Assembly: GCA_000331975.1 (NCBI GenBank)
Contig: CP003263.1
Span: forward strand, 1-32,000
Reading direction: 5' to 3'
Length of the DNA stretch: 32,000 nt
Origin: Candidatus Uzinura diaspidicola str. ASNER
Lineage (GTDB): Bacteria; Bacteroidota; Bacteroidia; Flavobacteriales; Blattabacteriaceae
Position 1 is the first letter of the stretch; each line of letters opens with the position of its first letter. Positions 17,363-28,736 of this stretch are shown here, piece after piece. The notes beneath the pieces were generated by a model. It ran no database searches and had not been told where the DNA came from. It saw only the letters and a program-made list of their open reading frames with translations. A program made the position numbers and the translations under genes.

Positions 17363-17899
17363 ATGACAAAAGAACAAAAATTACAATTTATAGAGATACT
17401 TTCTTCAGTACTTTCTTCTGAAAATTATTCTCTAGCTATTTATTTAGCTGATATTTCTAATATGAACGCCCATCACAGCAATAACTTAAGAAGAAATTGC
17501 TATATTTCTCAAGTAAAAGTTTTGATGGTAAAAAACACTTTACTTAATATAGCTATGGAAAAATATAAAAAGAAATGGACCCCATTTTTTCAAGTCATCA
17601 AAGGAAACACATTTATAATGATATCTTCAGTAGTAAATACACCAGCAAAAATTATTCAGGATTACAACAAAAAAAATAAAAGTAAAATCCCTCTTTTAAA
17701 GGCAGCTTATGTCTCTAAAAATTTTTATATAGGGAATGATAAACTTGAAGTTTTAGTAAATCTAAAGTCTAAGGAAGAACTAATAATTGGCATTATTTCA
17801 GCATTACAATCTAAATTGACAAATGTAGTTGTCGCTTTACAATCTCCAGTATATAAAATAATTTTTTATTTACAAAAAAATATTAATTTTACTCAGTAA
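17363..17899 (+). CDS. rplJ: 50S ribosomal protein L10
   Basis: 178 aa. Its position between rplA and rplL and its N-terminal MTKEQK..I..L pattern are typical of L10. The sequence itself is divergent. Confidence 0.85.
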   Translation: MTKEQKLQFIEILSSVLSSENYSLAIYLADISNMNAHHSNNLRRNCYISQVKVLMVKNTLLNIAMEKYKKKWTPFFQVIKGNTFIMISSVVNTPAKIIQDYNKKNKSKIPLLKAAYVSKNFYIGNDKLEVLVNLKSKEELIIGIISALQSKLTNVVVALQSPVYKIIFYLQKNINFTQ

Positions 17900-17908
17900 A
17901 AATTACTC

Positions 17909-18283
17909 ATGTCAGATATTAACAAATTAGCAGAAACTTTGGTAAACTTAAAAATTGTAGAAGTGAATGATTTGGCAAAAATTCTTAAAGAGAAATATGG
18001 TCTTGATCCTTCTGCTAACTTGGCTATTCCTTCTCTGCCTAAAGCAGAGATTCTAGACAAATCTAAAGAAAAAACATCATTTGATTTGATCCTAAAAGGA
18101 GCTGGAAGTGCCAAATTAACAGTAGTAAAACGTATTAAAGATCTTATAGGTTTAGGACTAAAAGAGTCAAAAGATTTAGTAGATAATGTTCCTAAACATC
18201 TAAAAAAAGGTCTTTCTAAAGAGGAAGCAGAATCACTAAAGAAACAATTGGAAGAAGTGGGAGCTGAAGTAGAATTAAAATAA
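17909..18283 (+). CDS. rplL: 50S ribosomal protein L7/L12
   Basis: 124 aa. The C-terminal domain [56 protein letters not shown] is a classic L7/L12 sequence. Confidence 0.95.
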   Translation: MSDINKLAETLVNLKIVEVNDLAKILKEKYGLDPSANLAIPSLPKAEILDKSKEKTSFDLILKGAGSAKLTVVKRIKDLIGLGLKESKDLVDNVPKHLKKGLSKEEAESLKKQLEEVGAEVELK

Positions 18284-18297
18284 AAAAACAATATTCA

Positions 18298-21200
18298 TTG
18301 TCTAGAATTAATACAACTACAGAAAGAATAAGTTTCTCTTCGGGAGATAGAAAAGTACAATATCCTGATTTTCTTGATATTCAGATTAAATCTTTTCAAG
18401 AATTTTTACATATAGGAACTCAATATAGAAGAGTTGAAAATCAGGTAATTTTTAAAACTTTTATGGAGAATTTTCCTATTTTTGATTCTAGAAATAGATT
18501 TGTTATAGAATTTTTAGATTACTTCATAGATTCTCCAAGATATTCAATAAAAGAATGTATTGAGAGGGGCCTTACTTTTAGTGTTCCTCTAAAAGCTAGA
18601 ATGTGTCTGTATTGTACAGATCCTGAACATGAACAATTTGAAACTGTAGTACAAGATGTTTATTTAGGTTCTGTTCCATATATGACTACCTCTGGGTCAT
18701 TTATTATCAACGGAACTGAACGAGTTATAGTTTCTCAACTGCATAGATCTCCTGGTGTATTTTTCGGACAATCTATGCATGCAAATGGCACACGTTTATA
18801 TTCAGCAAGAGTTATTCCATTTAAAGGGTCATGGATAGAATTTTCTACAGATATAAATAATGTTATGTATGCTTATGTCGATAGAAAGAAAAAATTTCCT
18901 GTAACTACACTTTTTAGAGCGATAGGTTTTGAGGAAGATAAAGATATTTTAGGTTTATTTGATTTGGCTGAAGAGGTAATAGTTAATCCATCCAATTTTA
19001 AAAAATTAATTGGATCAAAAATTGCAGAGCGAGTTTTAAAAAAATGTATGGAAGATTTTGTGGATGAAGATACTGGAGAAATAATTTCTATTAAGAAAAA
19101 TGAAAAAATCCTTGATAGAGATATTGTTCTTGAAAAAGAACATATAGATGCGCTTATGGAAGCAGGTATAGAAAGTATCATTTTACATAAGAAAGCAACA
19201 TCTATTGCTTCTATAATTATTCATAATACTCTAATGAAAGATCCTACGTCTTCAGGAAAAGAGGCACTTGAAAAGATTTATAGGCAAATTAGGAGCACCG
19301 ACCCAACTGATGAAGAGACTTCAAGGGGCGTAATTGATAAATTATTCTTTTCTGAAACACGCTATAGTTTAGGTGAAGTTGGACGTTATAGATTAAATAA
19401 GCGTCTGGGGATATCTATTGCTATGGATGTACAAGTTCTTACGAAAGAGGATATTATTGCGATTGTAAAACATCTCATTAAATTACTAAATTCTAATCTT
19501 GAAGTGGATGATATTGATAATCTTTCTAATCGTCGTGTTAGAACAGTTGGAGAACAATTATCAACACAATTTAGTCTAGGTTTATCTAGAATGGCTAGAA
19601 CAGTTCGTGAAAGAATGAATGTCCGTGACAATGAAGTTTTTACACCTATTGATTTGATAAATTCAAAGACTTTATCATCTATTATAAGCTCTTTCTTTTG
19701 TACTAGTCAACTCTCCCAATTTCTTGATCAAACTAATCCTTTATCTGAAATTACGCACAAAAGAAGACTATCTTCTTTTGGTCCTGGAGGATTATCTAGA
19801 GATCGTGCTGGTTTTGAGATTCGTGATGTACATTATACACATTATGGTAGACTTTGTCCTATAGAAAGCCCAGAAGGGCCTAATATAGGTTTAATTTCTT
19901 CTCTTTGTGTTTTTGCTAAAGTAAATACAATGGGATTCATTGAAACTCCCTATCAAACAGTAAAAGATGGTAGAGTAGATTTGAATTCACTAGTTTATCT
20001 TTCATCTTCAGATGAAGAAGGCAAAACCATTGCACAAGCAAATACACCGTTAGATAAAGATGGATTTTTTATTCAGGATAGAGTGATTTCCAGAAAAGAT
20101 GGCTCTTTTCCCATCGCATTTCCAGATCAAGTTGATTATATTGATGTTGCTTCAAATCAAATTGCTTCTATTTCGGCTTCTCTTATTCCTTTTCTCGAAC
20201 ATGATGATGCCAATCGTGCTCTAATGGGATCTAATATGATGCGTCAAGCTGTTCCTTTATTATCTCCAGAGGCTCCAATCGTAGGAACAGGACTTGAAAA
20301 ACAGGTGGCCTTATATTCTAGGACACTTATTCATGCTGAAGCTGATGGGGTAGTTGAAGATGTACAATCAGATAAGATATCTATAAGATATGACAGAACA
20401 GAAGAAGAGATTTTGATTAGTTTTGAATCTGATGTTAAAACATACGATCTGATTAAGTTTAGAAAAACTAATCAAAATACTACTATTAATCTTAAGCCTA
20501 TTGTCAGTAAAGGAATGAAAGTAATTAAAGGTCAGATATTATGCGAGGGCTATGCTACTGAAAATGGAGAACTTTCTTTAGGACGTAATCTTTTAGTAGC
20601 CTTTATGCCTTGGAAAGGGTTTAATTTTGAAGATGCTTTTGTCTTATCTGAACGGGTTGTTCGTGAAGATTTATTCACATCTGTTCATATAGATGAATAT
20701 TCTCTAGAAGTTAGAGATACTAAATTAGGGATGGAGAGACTAACTCGTGATATCCCTAATCTTAACGAAGAGGCCACTAAAAACCTTGATGAAAATGGTT
20801 TAATTCGTATTGGTGCTCAAGTTAAACCAGGAGATATTATTATAGGAAAAATAATCCCTAAAGTAGAATCAGATCCTACTCCAGAAGAAAAGCTATTAAG
20901 AGCAATATTTGGAGATAAATATGGATCTATAAAAGATTCTTCTCTAAAACTAGAACCTTCTTTTTCTGGAGGTGTAGTTATTGATAAAAATATTTTTTCT
21001 AGAAGTTTTAAGGAGAAAATAAAACGTGTAAAAGATAAGTTGGAAATAGCTCAATTTGATAATGAATATAGAGAACTATTCGAAAAATATAGAGACATTC
21101 TATGTAAGAAACTTTGCATCCTTTTACAATCTAAAGTTTCTAGAAGAGTTGTTAACGACCTAAAAGAAGAAGTTATTCCTAAAGGGATAAGATTTTCAAG

Positions 21201-22113
21201 AAATATCATATATTCTATATATGATTATATGAATATATCGTCTCCAATATGGACATATGATGATCATATTAACGAACTAATATCTATAATTTTACACAAT
21301 TATAAAACTAAGATAAGAGATCTTCAGGGAGAATTTAAGCGTAAACAATTTAAAATTTCTGTAGGCGATGAATTGCCCTTAGGCATTGTTAAAATAGCTA
21401 AAGTGTATATAGCAAAAAAACGTAAATTAAAAGTAGGTGATAAAATGGCTGGGAGACATGGTAATAAAGGTATTGTATCAAGAATTGTTCGCGATGAAGA
21501 TATGCCTTTTTTAGAAGATGGTACACCTATTGATATAGTACTAAATCCATTAAGTGTGCCATCTAGAATGAATATAGGTCAGATTTACGAGTCTATTCTT
21601 GGATGGGCAGGTCAAAAGCTTGGAATTAGATTTTCTTCTCCTATTTTTGATGGAGCATCCATCCAACAAATCATAGAATATATGGATAAAGCGGGCCTTC
21701 CGCGTTTTGGTAGTACTTATCTATATGATGGAGAAACAGGAGAACGCTTTGACCAAGCAGCTACTGTTGGTATAATTTATGTTCTAAAACTTTGTCACAT
21801 GGTTGATGATAAAATGCATTCCAGATCGATAGGCCCTTACTCTCTAATTACGCAACAACCACTTGGTGGTAAAGCTCAGTTTGGTGGCCAACGTTTTGGT
21901 GAGATGGAGGTTTGGGCGCTTGAAGCTTTTGGAGCTTCTAATATTCTTAGAGAGATTCTAACTGTTAAATCAGACGATGTGGTAGGAAGAAGGAAGACTT
22001 ATGAAGCTATTGTTAAAGGAGATACAATGCCAGAACCTGAAATCCCTGAGTCATTCAATGTCTTGCTACATGAGCTAAAAGGATTAGGATTGAAAATAGA
22101 CCTTCATTACTGA
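18298..22113 (+). CDS. rpoB: DNA-directed RNA polymerase beta subunit
   Basis: 1271 aa with conserved blocks ([63 protein letters not shown]). The start is TTG at 18298, and there is no in-frame ATG between the rplL stop and the conserved N-terminus. TGA stop. Confidence 0.97.
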   Translation: MSRINTTTERISFSSGDRKVQYPDFLDIQIKSFQEFLHIGTQYRRVENQVIFKTFMENFPIFDSRNRFVIEFLDYFIDSPRYSIKECIERGLTFSVPLKARMCLYCTDPEHEQFETVVQDVYLGSVPYMTTSGSFIINGTERVIVSQLHRSPGVFFGQSMHANGTRLYSARVIPFKGSWIEFSTDINNVMYAYVDRKKKFPVTTLFRAIGFEEDKDILGLFDLAEEVIVNPSNFKKLIGSKIAERVLKKCMEDFVDEDTGEIISIKKNEKILDRDIVLEKEHIDALMEAGIESIILHKKATSIASIIIHNTLMKDPTSSGKEALEKIYRQIRSTDPTDEETSRGVIDKLFFSETRYSLGEVGRYRLNKRLGISIAMDVQVLTKEDIIAIVKHLIKLLNSNLEVDDIDNLSNRRVRTVGEQLSTQFSLGLSRMARTVRERMNVRDNEVFTPIDLINSKTLSSIISSFFCTSQLSQFLDQTNPLSEITHKRRLSSFGPGGLSRDRAGFEIRDVHYTHYGRLCPIESPEGPNIGLISSLCVFAKVNTMGFIETPYQTVKDGRVDLNSLVYLSSSDEEGKTIAQANTPLDKDGFFIQDRVISRKDGSFPIAFPDQVDYIDVASNQIASISASLIPFLEHDDANRALMGSNMMRQAVPLLSPEAPIVGTGLEKQVALYSRTLIHAEADGVVEDVQSDKISIRYDRTEEEILISFESDVKTYDLIKFRKTNQNTTINLKPIVSKGMKVIKGQILCEGYATENGELSLGRNLLVAFMPWKGFNFEDAFVLSERVVREDLFTSVHIDEYSLEVRDTKLGMERLTRDIPNLNEEATKNLDENGLIRIGAQVKPGDIIIGKIIPKVESDPTPEEKLLRAIFGDKYGSIKDSSLKLEPSFSGGVVIDKNIFSRSFKEKIKRVKDKLEIAQFDNEYRELFEKYRDILCKKLCILLQSKVSRRVVNDLKEEVIPKGIRFSRNIIYSIYDYMNISSPIWTYDDHINELISIILHNYKTKIRDLQGEFKRKQFKISVGDELPLGIVKIAKVYIAKKRKLKVGDKMAGRHGNKGIVSRIVRDEDMPFLEDGTPIDIVLNPLSVPSRMNIGQIYESILGWAGQKLGIRFSSPIFDGASIQQIIEYMDKAGLPRFGSTYLYDGETGERFDQAATVGIIYVLKLCHMVDDKMHSRSIGPYSLITQQPLGGKAQFGGQRFGEMEVWALEAFGASNILREILTVKSDDVVGRRKTYEAIVKGDTMPEPEIPESFNVLLHELKGLGLKIDLHY

Positions 22114-22128
22114 AATATTATTAAATAT

Positions 22129-25100
22129 ATGTCATTAAAAAGAAAGAAACCAAGTAGTAATTTCAATAAAATTACTATTGGCCTAGCCTCACCTGAGGCT
22201 ATTCTTCAGGAATCTTATGGGGAAGTTCTTAAACCTGAAACAATAAATTACCGCACTCACAAACCGGAGCGCGACGGATTATTTTGTGAACGTATATTTG
22301 GTCCTATCAAAGATTACGAATGTGCTTGTGGCAAATATAAACGTATTCGTTATAAAGGTATTATATGTGATCGTTGTGGAGTAGAGATAACTGATAAAAA
22401 TGTTCGTAGAGATAGAATAGGACACATTAGATTAGTAATACCTGTGGTTCATATTTGGTATTTTAAGGCGTTGCCTAATAAAATTGGTTATCTCTTAGAT
22501 TTTTCTTCTAAGAAGCTTGATATGATTATATATTATGAACGCTATCTTGTTATACAGGTTGGTGCTGCTTCTCGACCCGATCAAACGCCTATCGAGAAAC
22601 TAGAATTATTAACTGAAAATGAATACCTTTCTATTATAGAAAGGCTTCCTCTTAATAATCAAGAACTTGATGATAAGGATCCTAATAAATTTATTGCTAT
22701 GATGGGCGCTAAGTGTATTGAAGAACTGCTTAAACGTCTTAATCTTGATGATCTAGCTGATGAATTGCGAAACCAATCTTTTAATGAAACATCCAAGCTT
22801 ATTAGGATGGAAACATTGAAACGATTGCAAGTAGTAGAGGCTTTCAAGTATTCAGCTAATAAGTTACAAAACAGAAGAGAATGGATGGTCGTTCATATAC
22901 TTCCTATAATTCCTCCAGAACTACGTCCTTTAGTTCCTCTTGCTGGTGGTCGTTTTGCAACTTCGGATCTAAATGATTTATATCGTAAAATTATTATTCG
23001 TAATAATAGGCTTAAACGCCTATTGCAAATAGACGCGCCGGAAGTTATCATAAGAAATGAAAAACGTATGCTGCAAGAAGCAGTTGATTCACTGTATGAT
23101 AATACTAAAAAATCATATTCTATAAAATCCGAAGGAAACAGACCGTTAAAATCTCTTTCTGATTTTTTAAAAGGAAAACAAGGTAGATTTCGTCAGAATC
23201 TATTAGGTAAGCGTGTAGATTATTCTGCTAGGTCAGTAATTGTAGTTGGACCTAAGTTAAAATTGCATGAATGTGGAATACCAAAAGATATGGCAGCAGA
23301 ACTTTACAAACCTTTTATTATTCGTAAGCTTATAGAGCGTGGTCTTGTTAAAACAGTAAAATCTGCTAAAAAAATGATAGATACTAGAAAACAGGCAGTT
23401 TGGGAAATATTAGAAAATATCCTTAAAGGACATCCTTTGTTACTTAACCGTGCTCCTACTTTACATAAATTAGGAATTCAAGCCTTTCAACCAAAACTTA
23501 TAGAAGGAAAAGCAATACAATTGCATCCATTAGTTTGCACTGCATTTAATGCAGATTTTGATGGTGATCAGATGGCAGTACATCTGCCATTAGGGCCTTT
23601 AGCAATACTAGAAGCCCAGCTTCTCATGTTTTCTTCTCAAAATATTTTAAATCCAGCAAATGGATCTCCTATTACTGTTCCGTCCCAGGACATGGTATTA
23701 GGGCTTTATTATATGACTAAGGAACTTAAATCTACTCCATATCATAAAGTAAAGGGAGAAGGTATCGTATTTTATTCCCCTGAAGAAGTACAGATTGCCT
23801 ATAACGCAAATATAGTATCAATTAATGCATGTATCAAAGTTAAAGTTCCTATTATGGAGCAGGAACACCTCTTACATAAAATTGTAGAAACTACTGTAGG
23901 TAGAGTGTTATTTAATAAATTTGTACCTATATATAAGGTAGGTTATATCAATGAGTTACTTACTAAAAAATCTTTGCGTGATATTATTGGACGAATTTTG
24001 ACGTTAACAAATATTCCAGTGACTGTAAAATTTCTTGATGATATTAAGGAGCTAGGCTTCTATAATGCTTTTAAAGGAGGATTTTCGTTCAGTTTAAAAG
24101 ACATCATAATTCCAAATAATAAACGGGCGATGATTAAGAATGCAATTCAACAGATAGATTCAGTAATTGGAAATTATAATATGGGGCTCATCACTAATCA
24201 GGAACGATACAATCAAGTTATTGATATATGGACCAGCACTAATGCAATGCTTACAGAAAAGGTAATGAGTAAAATGCAAGAAGATAAGAGAGGATTTAAT
24301 TCTGTTTATATGATGTTAGATTCAGGAGCTAGAGGATCAAAAGAACAAATACGTCAACTTTCAGGTATGCGAGGGTTAATGGCTAAACCTCAAAGAACTG
24401 GTGGAGGTAGTGGAGAGATTATTGAGAATCCTATTATTTCTAATTTTCGAGAAGGACTTTCTATTTTGGAGTATTTTATATCTACTCACGGTGCTCGTAA
24501 AGGATTGGCAGATACTGCGTTGAAAACTGCAGATGCAGGATATTTAACTCGTCGTTTAGTAGATGTTGCTCAAGACGTCATTATAAGAGAAGAAAATTGT
24601 TTAACAATAAGAGGACTTGAAATAGGAGCTCTTAAAAAGAACGAAGAGATAGTAGAATCTTTGTATGATCGTATTTTAGGACGTATTGCACTTTATGATA
24701 TATATCATCCTAATGATGATGAAGTGATTGTTTCTGCTGATGAAATGATTGATGAAGAATGTGCTTCTCTTATTTCAAAACTTGGTATCGAAATAATATA
24801 TGTACGATCTCCCCTTACTTGCGAGTCAAAAAGTGGTATTTGCGCTAAATGTTATGGTAGAAATCTTTCTACCGGAAAACTTGTACAAAAAGGAGAAGCC
24901 GTAGGCGTGATAGCGGCTCAATCTATAGGAGAACCTGGGACACAACTTACACTTCGAACTTTTCATGTGGGAGGTACTGCAGGAAATATAGTAGAGGCTA
25001 CTTCTCAAATATTTGCTAGAGATGATGGTATAATAGAGTTAGAAGATCTAAGGTCTATATATACTGAAGATGAAATGGGGAAAGTTATTGAGTTGGTAGT

Positions 25101-26418
25101 CTCTAGATATACAGAGATGAAACTGATAAATCGAGATGGCTCTGTGTTAATGAAGCACCACATACCTTACGGTGCTTCCTTATTCGTTAAACAAGGAAAT
25201 TATGTTAATAAAGGAGCTGAAATATGTCGTTGGGATCCTTATAATGCTGTTATTATATCAGAGCGCTCTGGTATAATATCTTATGAAGCTATTGAAAAAG
25301 GAGTTACTTTTCAAATAGAGGATGAACAAGCAGGAATTCAAGAAAAAGTAATATTAGAATCACGAGACAAGAACATTGTTCCTTCTTTAAAGATTATTAG
25401 TGATGATGAGGATAAAAGAGAGATCAAGATATATAATATGCCGGTTGGCGCACATTTAGTGGTTGATAATGGAGATAGAATAAAAGTAGGTAAGGTAATA
25501 GCTAAAATTCCGAGAAAATATGGTAAAATGACAGATATCACTGGAGGACTACCACGTGTAACAGAATTATGTGAAGCACGTAACCCTTCTAATCTAGGTA
25601 TTGTATCTGATATTGATGGAGTCGTAAGTTTTGGAAACATGAAAAGAGGAAATAGAGAAATTTTCATAGAAAATAAAACTGGTGAAATTAAGAAGTATCT
25701 TGTTAGAGTTTCTAGTCAGATTGTCGTTCAGGAAAATGACTATGTAAAAGCAGGAACACCTCTTTCAGAAGGCACTATAGCACCAGATGATATCTTAAAT
25801 ATTAAAGGGCCGAAGGCCGTTCAGGAATATATTGTAAACGAAATTCAGGAAGTTTATCGTTTGCAGGGAGTAAAGATTAATAATAAGCATTTTGAGATTA
25901 TAGTACGTCAAATGATGCTTAAAGTTAAGATCGTAGATGCGGGGGATTCATGTTTTCTTGAAGATAGTATAGAACATAAAACAGACTTTATAGAAGAAAA
26001 TAATAGGATATTTGGAATGAAAGTTGTAGAAGATCCTGGAGATTCAGAAAAATTCAAATATGGTCAACTTCTTAATATGGTAGAATATCGTAATGAAAAT
26101 GATCTACTAGAAAGTCTAGGTAAAAAGAATATAATAACTCGTGAAGTTATTCCAGCTACAGCCAAACCAATTCTTCAAGGTATTACACGAGCTGCCTTAC
26201 ATACTAAATCTTTTGTTTCTGCTGCTTCTTTCCAGGAAACTACAAAGGTATTAAATGAGGCTGCTATCAGCGGAAAGACTGATGATTTGCTTGGGTTGAA
26301 GGAAAATGTTATTGTAGGTCATAAGATTCCTGCTGGAACTGGTCTTAGAGAATACCAAGATTTCATCGTTTTTTCGAAACTAAGATTTGATGAGATTCCA
26401 TTATATGGAATATCATAA
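22129..26418 (+). CDS. rpoC: DNA-directed RNA polymerase beta-prime subunit
   Basis: 1429 aa. It has the zinc-binding CxC..CxxC motif ([24 protein letters not shown]), the catalytic NADFDGDQM motif and trigger-loop/bridge-helix blocks. It begins 15 nt after rpoB. Confidence 0.97.
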   Translation: MSLKRKKPSSNFNKITIGLASPEAILQESYGEVLKPETINYRTHKPERDGLFCERIFGPIKDYECACGKYKRIRYKGIICDRCGVEITDKNVRRDRIGHIRLVIPVVHIWYFKALPNKIGYLLDFSSKKLDMIIYYERYLVIQVGAASRPDQTPIEKLELLTENEYLSIIERLPLNNQELDDKDPNKFIAMMGAKCIEELLKRLNLDDLADELRNQSFNETSKLIRMETLKRLQVVEAFKYSANKLQNRREWMVVHILPIIPPELRPLVPLAGGRFATSDLNDLYRKIIIRNNRLKRLLQIDAPEVIIRNEKRMLQEAVDSLYDNTKKSYSIKSEGNRPLKSLSDFLKGKQGRFRQNLLGKRVDYSARSVIVVGPKLKLHECGIPKDMAAELYKPFIIRKLIERGLVKTVKSAKKMIDTRKQAVWEILENILKGHPLLLNRAPTLHKLGIQAFQPKLIEGKAIQLHPLVCTAFNADFDGDQMAVHLPLGPLAILEAQLLMFSSQNILNPANGSPITVPSQDMVLGLYYMTKELKSTPYHKVKGEGIVFYSPEEVQIAYNANIVSINACIKVKVPIMEQEHLLHKIVETTVGRVLFNKFVPIYKVGYINELLTKKSLRDIIGRILTLTNIPVTVKFLDDIKELGFYNAFKGGFSFSLKDIIIPNNKRAMIKNAIQQIDSVIGNYNMGLITNQERYNQVIDIWTSTNAMLTEKVMSKMQEDKRGFNSVYMMLDSGARGSKEQIRQLSGMRGLMAKPQRTGGGSGEIIENPIISNFREGLSILEYFISTHGARKGLADTALKTADAGYLTRRLVDVAQDVIIREENCLTIRGLEIGALKKNEEIVESLYDRILGRIALYDIYHPNDDEVIVSADEMIDEECASLISKLGIEIIYVRSPLTCESKSGICAKCYGRNLSTGKLVQKGEAVGVIAAQSIGEPGTQLTLRTFHVGGTAGNIVEATSQIFARDDGIIELEDLRSIYTEDEMGKVIELVVSRYTEMKLINRDGSVLMKHHIPYGASLFVKQGNYVNKGAEICRWDPYNAVIISERSGIISYEAIEKGVTFQIEDEQAGIQEKVILESRDKNIVPSLKIISDDEDKREIKIYNMPVGAHLVVDNGDRIKVGKVIAKIPRKYGKMTDITGGLPRVTELCEARNPSNLGIVSDIDGVVSFGNMKRGNREIFIENKTGEIKKYLVRVSSQIVVQENDYVKAGTPLSEGTIAPDDILNIKGPKAVQEYIVNEIQEVYRLQGVKINNKHFEIIVRQMMLKVKIVDAGDSCFLEDSIEHKTDFIEENNRIFGMKVVEDPGDSEKFKYGQLLNMVEYRNENDLLESLGKKNIITREVIPATAKPILQGITRAALHTKSFVSAASFQETTKVLNEAAISGKTDDLLGLKENVIVGHKIPAGTGLREYQDFIVFSKLRFDEIPLYGIS

Positions 26419-27150
26419 GAAAATTGCTTTTGGGTAGCATATTTTTTTTAAAAAAAGACCTCTTGCTGGAACTGAAGGCCCAGATCGTTGTCTATCTTTT
26501 GCATCAACGATCTCACAAAATTGATTAATATTGATTTTTTCTTTTCCTATATTTAGAAGCGTACCAATTAAAGATCGTACCATATTTCTTAAAAATCTGT
26601 TTGCTTTTATTTCAAATAATAGTTTCCCTCCTTTATAGCACCAGTGTGCATATTTTATTTTTGCATAGCAATTGGAGATATTATCCTTACAGAAGCTACT
26701 AAAATTATTATACTTTTGAAGTAATTCAGATGCTTTATTCATCAAGTCAATATTTAATTGTTCATATTTACATTGCCAACTTAACTCAGTATAAAAAGTC
26801 TTTTTGGATAAAGAAATCCTATATAAATATGTACGGCTGTTTGCGCTATGCCTAGCATGAGCTTGTGGTGCTACTAGATAAAAACCATATACGACAATAT
26901 CTTTAGGTAAAAAAGCATTTAGTTTAATAACTAATTTTTTATCTAACTGTTTTTCAGAATCTAAATGAGCAAAAAATTCTTTGGCGTGAACTCCTTTATC
27001 GGTTCTCCCTCCTCCAATGAGATCTATTGATTTACCAAGCAAATGCGAAAGACATTTTTCTAGTATTTCTTCTACAGTAAGACCTGACTTTTGAATTTGC
27101 CAACCATGATAACGTATTCCGTTATAAGATAGTCTTATAAAATATCTCAT
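26413..27150 (-). CDS. truA: tRNA pseudouridine(38-40) synthase
   Basis: [20 protein letters not shown].. and [11 protein letters not shown] (catalytic Asp motif). The track start at 27153 is TTG; the adjacent ATG at 27150 is preferred. The 3' end overlaps rpoC by 6 nt in convergent orientation. Confidence 0.9.
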   Translation of the reverse strand: MRYFIRLSYNGIRYHGWQIQKSGLTVEEILEKCLSHLLGKSIDLIGGGRTDKGVHAKEFFAHLDSEKQLDKKLVIKLNAFLPKDIVVYGFYLVAPQAHARHSANSRTYLYRISLSKKTFYTELSWQCKYEQLNIDLMNKASELLQKYNNFSSFCKDNISNCYAKIKYAHWCYKGGKLLFEIKANRFLRNMVRSLIGTLLNIGKEKININQFCEIVDAKDRQRSGPSVPARGLFLKKICYPKAIFL

Positions 27151-27308
27151 CAATATGTTTTATTTTTAGGGAGAGTCCAATAAAAGGAAAAAATGCTGAT
27201 TACCATCATCTACTACCTAAAATGTAAAAGAAACCGTTATTCACCTAATTATCCAAAAAATGGGAGGGTTTTGTTGTAATTAATGTATAATATGTAGTGT
27301 ATTAGGTT

Positions 27309-28049
27309 CTAATGATTCCATAGATCCCATCCAAGTTCTCCTTGGATATAAAGCATTTCTAAACCATTTTTTACTATAGCTCCACTTTCTGTTCCTTTTT
27401 TCAGAAATTTACTCTCTAAAGGATTATATACTAGATCATATAAATAATGATCTTTAGTCAAAAATTGATAAGGGATCAATGGATATTGATCAGTTGTAGG
27501 ATAAGTTCCTATTGGAGTGCAATGTATGATAATTTTATATTGGTTTAATAAAATTTCATTTATTTCTTTATAAGAAATGTCTCCTTTTTTATTTCTAGAA
27601 ACTATCAAATAAGGAACTTTTAATTGTTTTAGTACGTAGATAACTGCTTTAGCAGCCCCCCCATTTCCAAGAACAAGAGCCTTTTTATGAGTAGATAGAA
27701 GATGTTTGGCAAATGTTTTTTTAAAACCAAAAATATCTGTATTATAGCCTATAAGGCTATTTTCTTTTATTTTAATTGTATTTACTGCGCTAATTGCGTA
27801 AGCTTCGTCACTTAAATAATTTACGTATTGAATTACTTCTTTCTTATAGGGAATTGTTATATTTACTCCTTGGAGATTAGGATATTTTCTAAGAATATGT
27901 TCAAAATTATTAATATACGCCAAATCAAAAATTCCATAACGTGTTTTCGTTATATTTTCTTTGTTAAATTTGTTTAAAAAATATTGTTTAGAAAAAGAAT
28001 AAGAGATGTTTTTTCCAATGAGCCCAAATAAACGTTCTTCTAACATCAT
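27309..28049 (-). CDS. aroE: Shikimate 5-dehydrogenase
   Basis: FGLIGKNISYSFSK.., VNITIPYKKEV, GYNTD and the NADP-binding loop LGNGGAAKAV. The track start at 28061 is TTG; the first ATG is at 28049 (MMLEERLFGLIG). Confidence 0.88.
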   Translation of the reverse strand: MMLEERLFGLIGKNISYSFSKQYFLNKFNKENITKTRYGIFDLAYINNFEHILRKYPNLQGVNITIPYKKEVIQYVNYLSDEAYAISAVNTIKIKENSLIGYNTDIFGFKKTFAKHLLSTHKKALVLGNGGAAKAVIYVLKQLKVPYLIVSRNKKGDISYKEINEILLNQYKIIIHCTPIGTYPTTDQYPLIPYQFLTKDHYLYDLVYNPLESKFLKKGTESGAIVKNGLEMLYIQGELGWDLWNH

Positions 28050-28066
28050 GTTGTTATACAAGGTAT

Positions 28067-28264
28067 TTAATTATCTTTAATTTTCTCTAACAACTTGTAT
28101 TTATAAATAGCTTTGTAAATTTCTTCTCTTTTCCTTTTAGAAGGTTTAAGATAATATTGTATATTTTTAATATTTTTTATTAGTTGAGTTTGATCGCATT
28201 TTCTTTTATAACGTTTTATGGCTCTCTCAATGGTTTCTCCTTCTTTTATATTTACTACTAACAT
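28067..28264 (-). CDS. rpsU: 30S ribosomal protein S21
   Basis: From ATG 28264 it reads MLVVNIKEGETIERAIKRYKRKCDQTQLIKNIK..YYLKPSKRKREE.. (65 aa), which matches the S21 pattern. The 21-aa upstream extension in the ORF track is not S21-like. Confidence 0.88.
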   Translation of the reverse strand: MLVVNIKEGETIERAIKRYKRKCDQTQLIKNIKNIQYYLKPSKRKREEIYKAIYKYKLLEKIKDN

Positions 28265-28380
28265 AATAATAAATTTACACATTTTTTTATTTAAGTTTGA
28301 GAACAAAACTTTGGATAGGGGAAGCATACTGTACTCGATGTGATCTAGTATAGTTCTATATAATAGTTTGGTCTAATTAA

Positions 28381-28725
<345 letters not shown>

Positions 28726-28736
28726 ATATTACTATA

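Noticed and set aside
17893-18291. A 132-aa ORF on the minus strand spans almost exactly the whole of rplL.
   Set aside because: It is antisense to a highly conserved, unmistakable L7/L12 gene. The Lys/Glu/Ala/Leu-rich codons of rplL (AAA, GAA, GCT, TTA) have stop-free reverse complements. The product (..[17 protein letters not shown]..) is low-complexity with no recognisable family features. It is a mirror-ORF artefact.
153-25667. There are twelve further short ORFs (60-109 aa) in the track: 153-341, 349-633, 461-652, 2218-2466, 2515-2724, 5200-5430, 9965-10177, 11592-11828, 18873-19181, 19386-19631, 22659-22847, 24826-25008 and 25338-25667.
   Set aside because: All lie entirely inside, and antisense to or out of frame with, strongly supported conserved genes (nusA, infB, trpA, trpE, rho, rpoB, rpoC). 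Their translations are low-complexity with no recognisable motifs.
27216-27230. The string cctaaaatgtaaaag resembles cctaaatgtaaaag (14112-14125), which immediately precedes tRNA-Thr(GGU). The related gtaaaag also occurs before tRNA-Thr(UGU). It might mark a decayed tRNA or a shared promoter or processing signal.
   Set aside because: The match is only about 14 nt, with one indel, in very AT-rich DNA. No tRNA-like sequence follows at 27231 onwards. It cannot be distinguished from chance without a genome-wide count.
27193-27279. A 28-codon ORF (MLITIIYYLKCKRNRYSPNYPKNGRVLL) sits on the plus strand in the aroE-truA spacer, preceded by a purine-rich AAGGAAAAA.
   Set aside because: It is short, has no recognisable motif, and lies on the opposite strand to both flanking genes. 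An ORF of this size is expected by chance, and Bacteroidetes rarely rely on SD-like sequences.
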